Position numbers and translations under genes: made by a program. Below, in pieces: positions 26,980 to 29,221 of a DNA stretch of 29,221 bases. The notes beneath the pieces are model-generated. The model did not search any database. It was not told the DNA's origin and was given only the letters and a program-made list of their open reading frames with translations. Position 1 is the stretch's first letter. Each line of letters opens with the position of its first letter. This DNA is from Candidatus Hermodarchaeota archaeon. Lineage in GTDB: Archaea; Asgardarchaeota; Hermodarchaeia; Hermodarchaeales; Hermodarchaeaceae. The DNA is taken from positions 1-29,221 of the forward strand of contig JAEOTB010000116.1 of assembly GCA_016840065.1 (NCBI GenBank), written 5' to 3'.

Positions 26980-27642
26980 TTATCTGCGAATCATTATCGT
27001 ATAGGTTTGCCCCTTCGCAGGGTAGAGAGTTGTGACCTTCGGAGCCAGTGTAGATGTAGTTACTAGGAACTGAGTTGCTGCTGTTGTGTCTCCGCAGACA
27101 GGAAGCACGTAGTCAGGTTGTAGGGCTGCTGTGATTGTTGCTGCCTGTTGAGGGTCGAGGACACCATTCTCTTCCCCGGCAACAGGTACACAGAGGAGGT
27201 CTGGAACTTCTGCGCCAAAGTATGCGTATGTGTTTGCTCGACCGAGATGAAGAACACGTGCCTTTTCGCTTGAGATGTAAAAGGTGGAATTTCGAGAGGT
27301 AAGTGTTGTTTGGGTGCTTTCATAGGCAGTTACTGTTATGCCGGAATCACTGGTTATGGATTCTCCCGTCTCTAAAGATACTAGATTATCTCGAGAGGCA
27401 CCCTGCTCCCTGAGCAAGGAAATGACATCAGGATTACCAATCGCCTTCACTCCGAACTTCTTGACTACATCGATGGCGTTTCCTAGGTGGCTGATGTGGG
27501 GATTTGTGATGAGGAGAAGAGCAGGGTTGACTACATCGAGGTCAACAAGTGATTCTCCATCGATTATTCCTGGATCGATTAAGACCTTTTCTAAAAGATG
27601 GAGTTCGACCGCAGCGTGCCCAAAAAAGGTGAAAGTCAACAT
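26980..27642 (-). CDS. Metallo-beta-lactamase-fold protein (UPF0173-like) with degenerate metal-binding motifs
   Basis: FFGHAA, VLIDP, ITNPHISHLG (canonical ITHxHxDH), LHLGRA (canonical YHxGD). Confidence 0.8.
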   Translation of the reverse strand: MLTFTFFGHAAVELHLLEKVLIDPGIIDGESLVDLDVVNPALLLITNPHISHLGNAIDVVKKFGVKAIGNPDVISLLREQGASRDNLVSLETGESITSDSGITVTAYESTQTTLTSRNSTFYISSEKARVLHLGRANTYAYFGAEVPDLLCVPVAGEENGVLDPQQAATITAALQPDYVLPVCGDTTAATQFLVTTSTLAPKVTTLYPAKGQTYTIMIRR

Positions 27643-27924
27643 ACGTTATTTCCTCGGTGCCAGTTTCGACCGCGGTCAGATAGGATGAGTTGTTTCATTC
27701 TCTAACCTTCTTAATTAAAATGCGCTTTTTATTGTTGCTCTTTTAGGCAAGAGCTGCTTAAAAACGTAGAGAGTCGCTTGACCCAATAATTATGGTTTCT
27801 GGGTAACTTCTTTTAAATAATAGGAAAATAGGCATGTCAGTGATGTTTGTTGACTTCCCCAGCCGACTCCGATTATGTTGATGAGGCAATCGAGTTCCCA
27901 CAGGCAAGTCGAAGAAGATTGGGG

Positions 27925-29221
27925 ATGGACGAGAAGCGCTGGGTGGCATTCACTTCGGTTATCGCAGCTATTGCTTTGACCGTTGTTAAGTTGGTTGTGG
28001 GTCTTATGACGAACAGCCTTGGTATTCTCTCAGAGGCCCTCCATTCTGCTCTAGACCTTGTTGCTGCTGGAATGACTTTCTACGCTGTTAGCGCGTCTGC
28101 AAAGCCTCCCGACGAGGAACACACCTATGGTCACGGACGAATCGAGAACTTCTCTGCCTTTGTCGAAACCATTCTCCTCCTGATTACTGTTCTGTGGGTG
28201 TTTTACGAAGCTATCCGACGAATATTCTTTTGGGAACTAGAAGTCGAGACAAACATCCTTGCCTTTGGCGTCCTCATCTTTGCCATCATAATCGATTTCT
28301 CTAGGTCACGTGCATTGTCAAAGGCTGCAAAGAAGTACGACAGCCAAGCGCTTGAAGCTGACGCCCTTCACTTTAGTTCGGACATACTCAGCTCCAGCGT
28401 TGTGTTCATCGGCTTGATTTGCACGCATTTCGGATTCCCCCTTGGAGATCCCCTAGGAGCAATAGGAGTTGCCATTATTGTACTAGTGATGACAGTAAAA
28501 CTTGGAAGGGAAACAATCAATCACCTATTGGACCGGGCACCAAAAGGCTTCCGTGAATCCATATGCACAGCTGTGGAAAACTTAGAGGGAGTCATGAGTT
28601 GCGGAAGAATACGAGTTAGAAAGGCGGGTGCCATTACATTTGTTGATATCGAAATCCACATTGACCCCTCCCTTCCTGTCGAGAGAGCACAAAAAATAGG
28701 TGAACGAGTGAAGACAGCAATCGTTGAGGTTGTGGGATCTGCAGATGTAACCGTCAGTGTGCAAGCAGGATACAAAGCCTACCCCTATCTGGTTAATTCC
28801 ATCAGATATGACGCCGATAAATTTGAGCGAATAAGGAGTATCCATAACATCCATGCCTTCGAGTTTGGGGACTATGCGTGGGTCGTACTTGATATCAGTG
28901 TAAGCGAAGAGGAGACCCTCCAAGAGGCACACCGAATTGCCAGCGACTTTGAGGAACACCTTCTCAACAAGTATGCTTCGATTAAGGAAGTTATAACGCA
29001 TATAGAGCCAGCATCAGATACTCCCTCGGAGTCAATAGATATGGGGAAGGCAAAAAGGATAATCTTCTCGTTACTTAGAGAAATCGAGCTTCTCGATAAC
29101 TGCCATGACATACAATTCTTTTCCCTTGGCAGTGGAACTTTCAATGTCACCATGCATTGCACTGCAGACCCCAATCTACCGATAAAGAAGGTACATCAGG
29201 CTACGGTAGTATTGGAACACA
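27925..29221 (+). CDS. Cation diffusion facilitator with repeated C-terminal dimerisation domains, 3' partial
   Basis: Manual translation MDEKRWVAFTSV...SLGILSEALHSALD...KPPDEEHTYGHGRIEN...ALEADALHFSSD; repeated H..A...E..L...V..HIEP-type domains. Start could be TTG 27847. Confidence 0.92.
   Translation, partial: MDEKRWVAFTSVIAAIALTVVKLVVGLMTNSLGILSEALHSALDLVAAGMTFYAVSASAKPPDEEHTYGHGRIENFSAFVETILLLITVLWVFYEAIRRIFFWELEVETNILAFGVLIFAIIIDFSRSRALSKAAKKYDSQALEADALHFSSDILSSSVVFIGLICTHFGFPLGDPLGAIGVAIIVLVMTVKLGRETINHLLDRAPKGFRESICTAVENLEGVMSCGRIRVRKAGAITFVDIEIHIDPSLPVERAQKIGERVKTAIVEVVGSADVTVSVQAGYKAYPYLVNSIRYDADKFERIRSIHNIHAFEFGDYAWVVLDISVSEEETLQEAHRIASDFEEHLLNKYASIKEVITHIEPASDTPSESIDMGKAKRIIFSLLREIELLDNCHDIQFFSLGSGTFNVTMHCTADPNLPIKKVHQATVVLEH

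Noticed and set aside
28521-29174. Minus-strand ORFs near the right end
   Set aside because: Antisense to the CDF transporter that runs off the window.

Overview
Archaeal genomic window. An Asgard origin (possibly Hermodarchaeota/Thorarchaeota-like) is inferred from the IPGFP-TM-RRRR sorting tails, a longin-like protein, HdrA/Fwd/CofC genes and TATA-type promoters. Left to right: a partial RuBisCO-like protein, three paralogous membrane-anchored surface proteins, a membrane protein, a GNAT, an MFS transporter, cofC, an N-truncated peptide-ABC binding protein, a Na/Pi-PhoU transporter and a rhomboid protease. The centre holds an HdrA-MvhD/FwdF/FwdG/FwdB/FwdD redox cluster and cooC. The right part has a ~1 kb structured non-coding tract, a PD-(D/E)xK-like protein, an acidic/RG-KG disordered protein, a longin-solenoid protein divergent from a SNAP/TPR-like protein, a degenerate MBL-fold protein and a partial CDF transporter. 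The best candidate for a new system is an intact bifurcating HdrA-MvhD and polyferredoxin wired to FwdB/FwdD homologues that appear to have lost their Mo/W catalytic residues but keep the Fe-S ligands. All assignments come from motif reading only; no searches were run.
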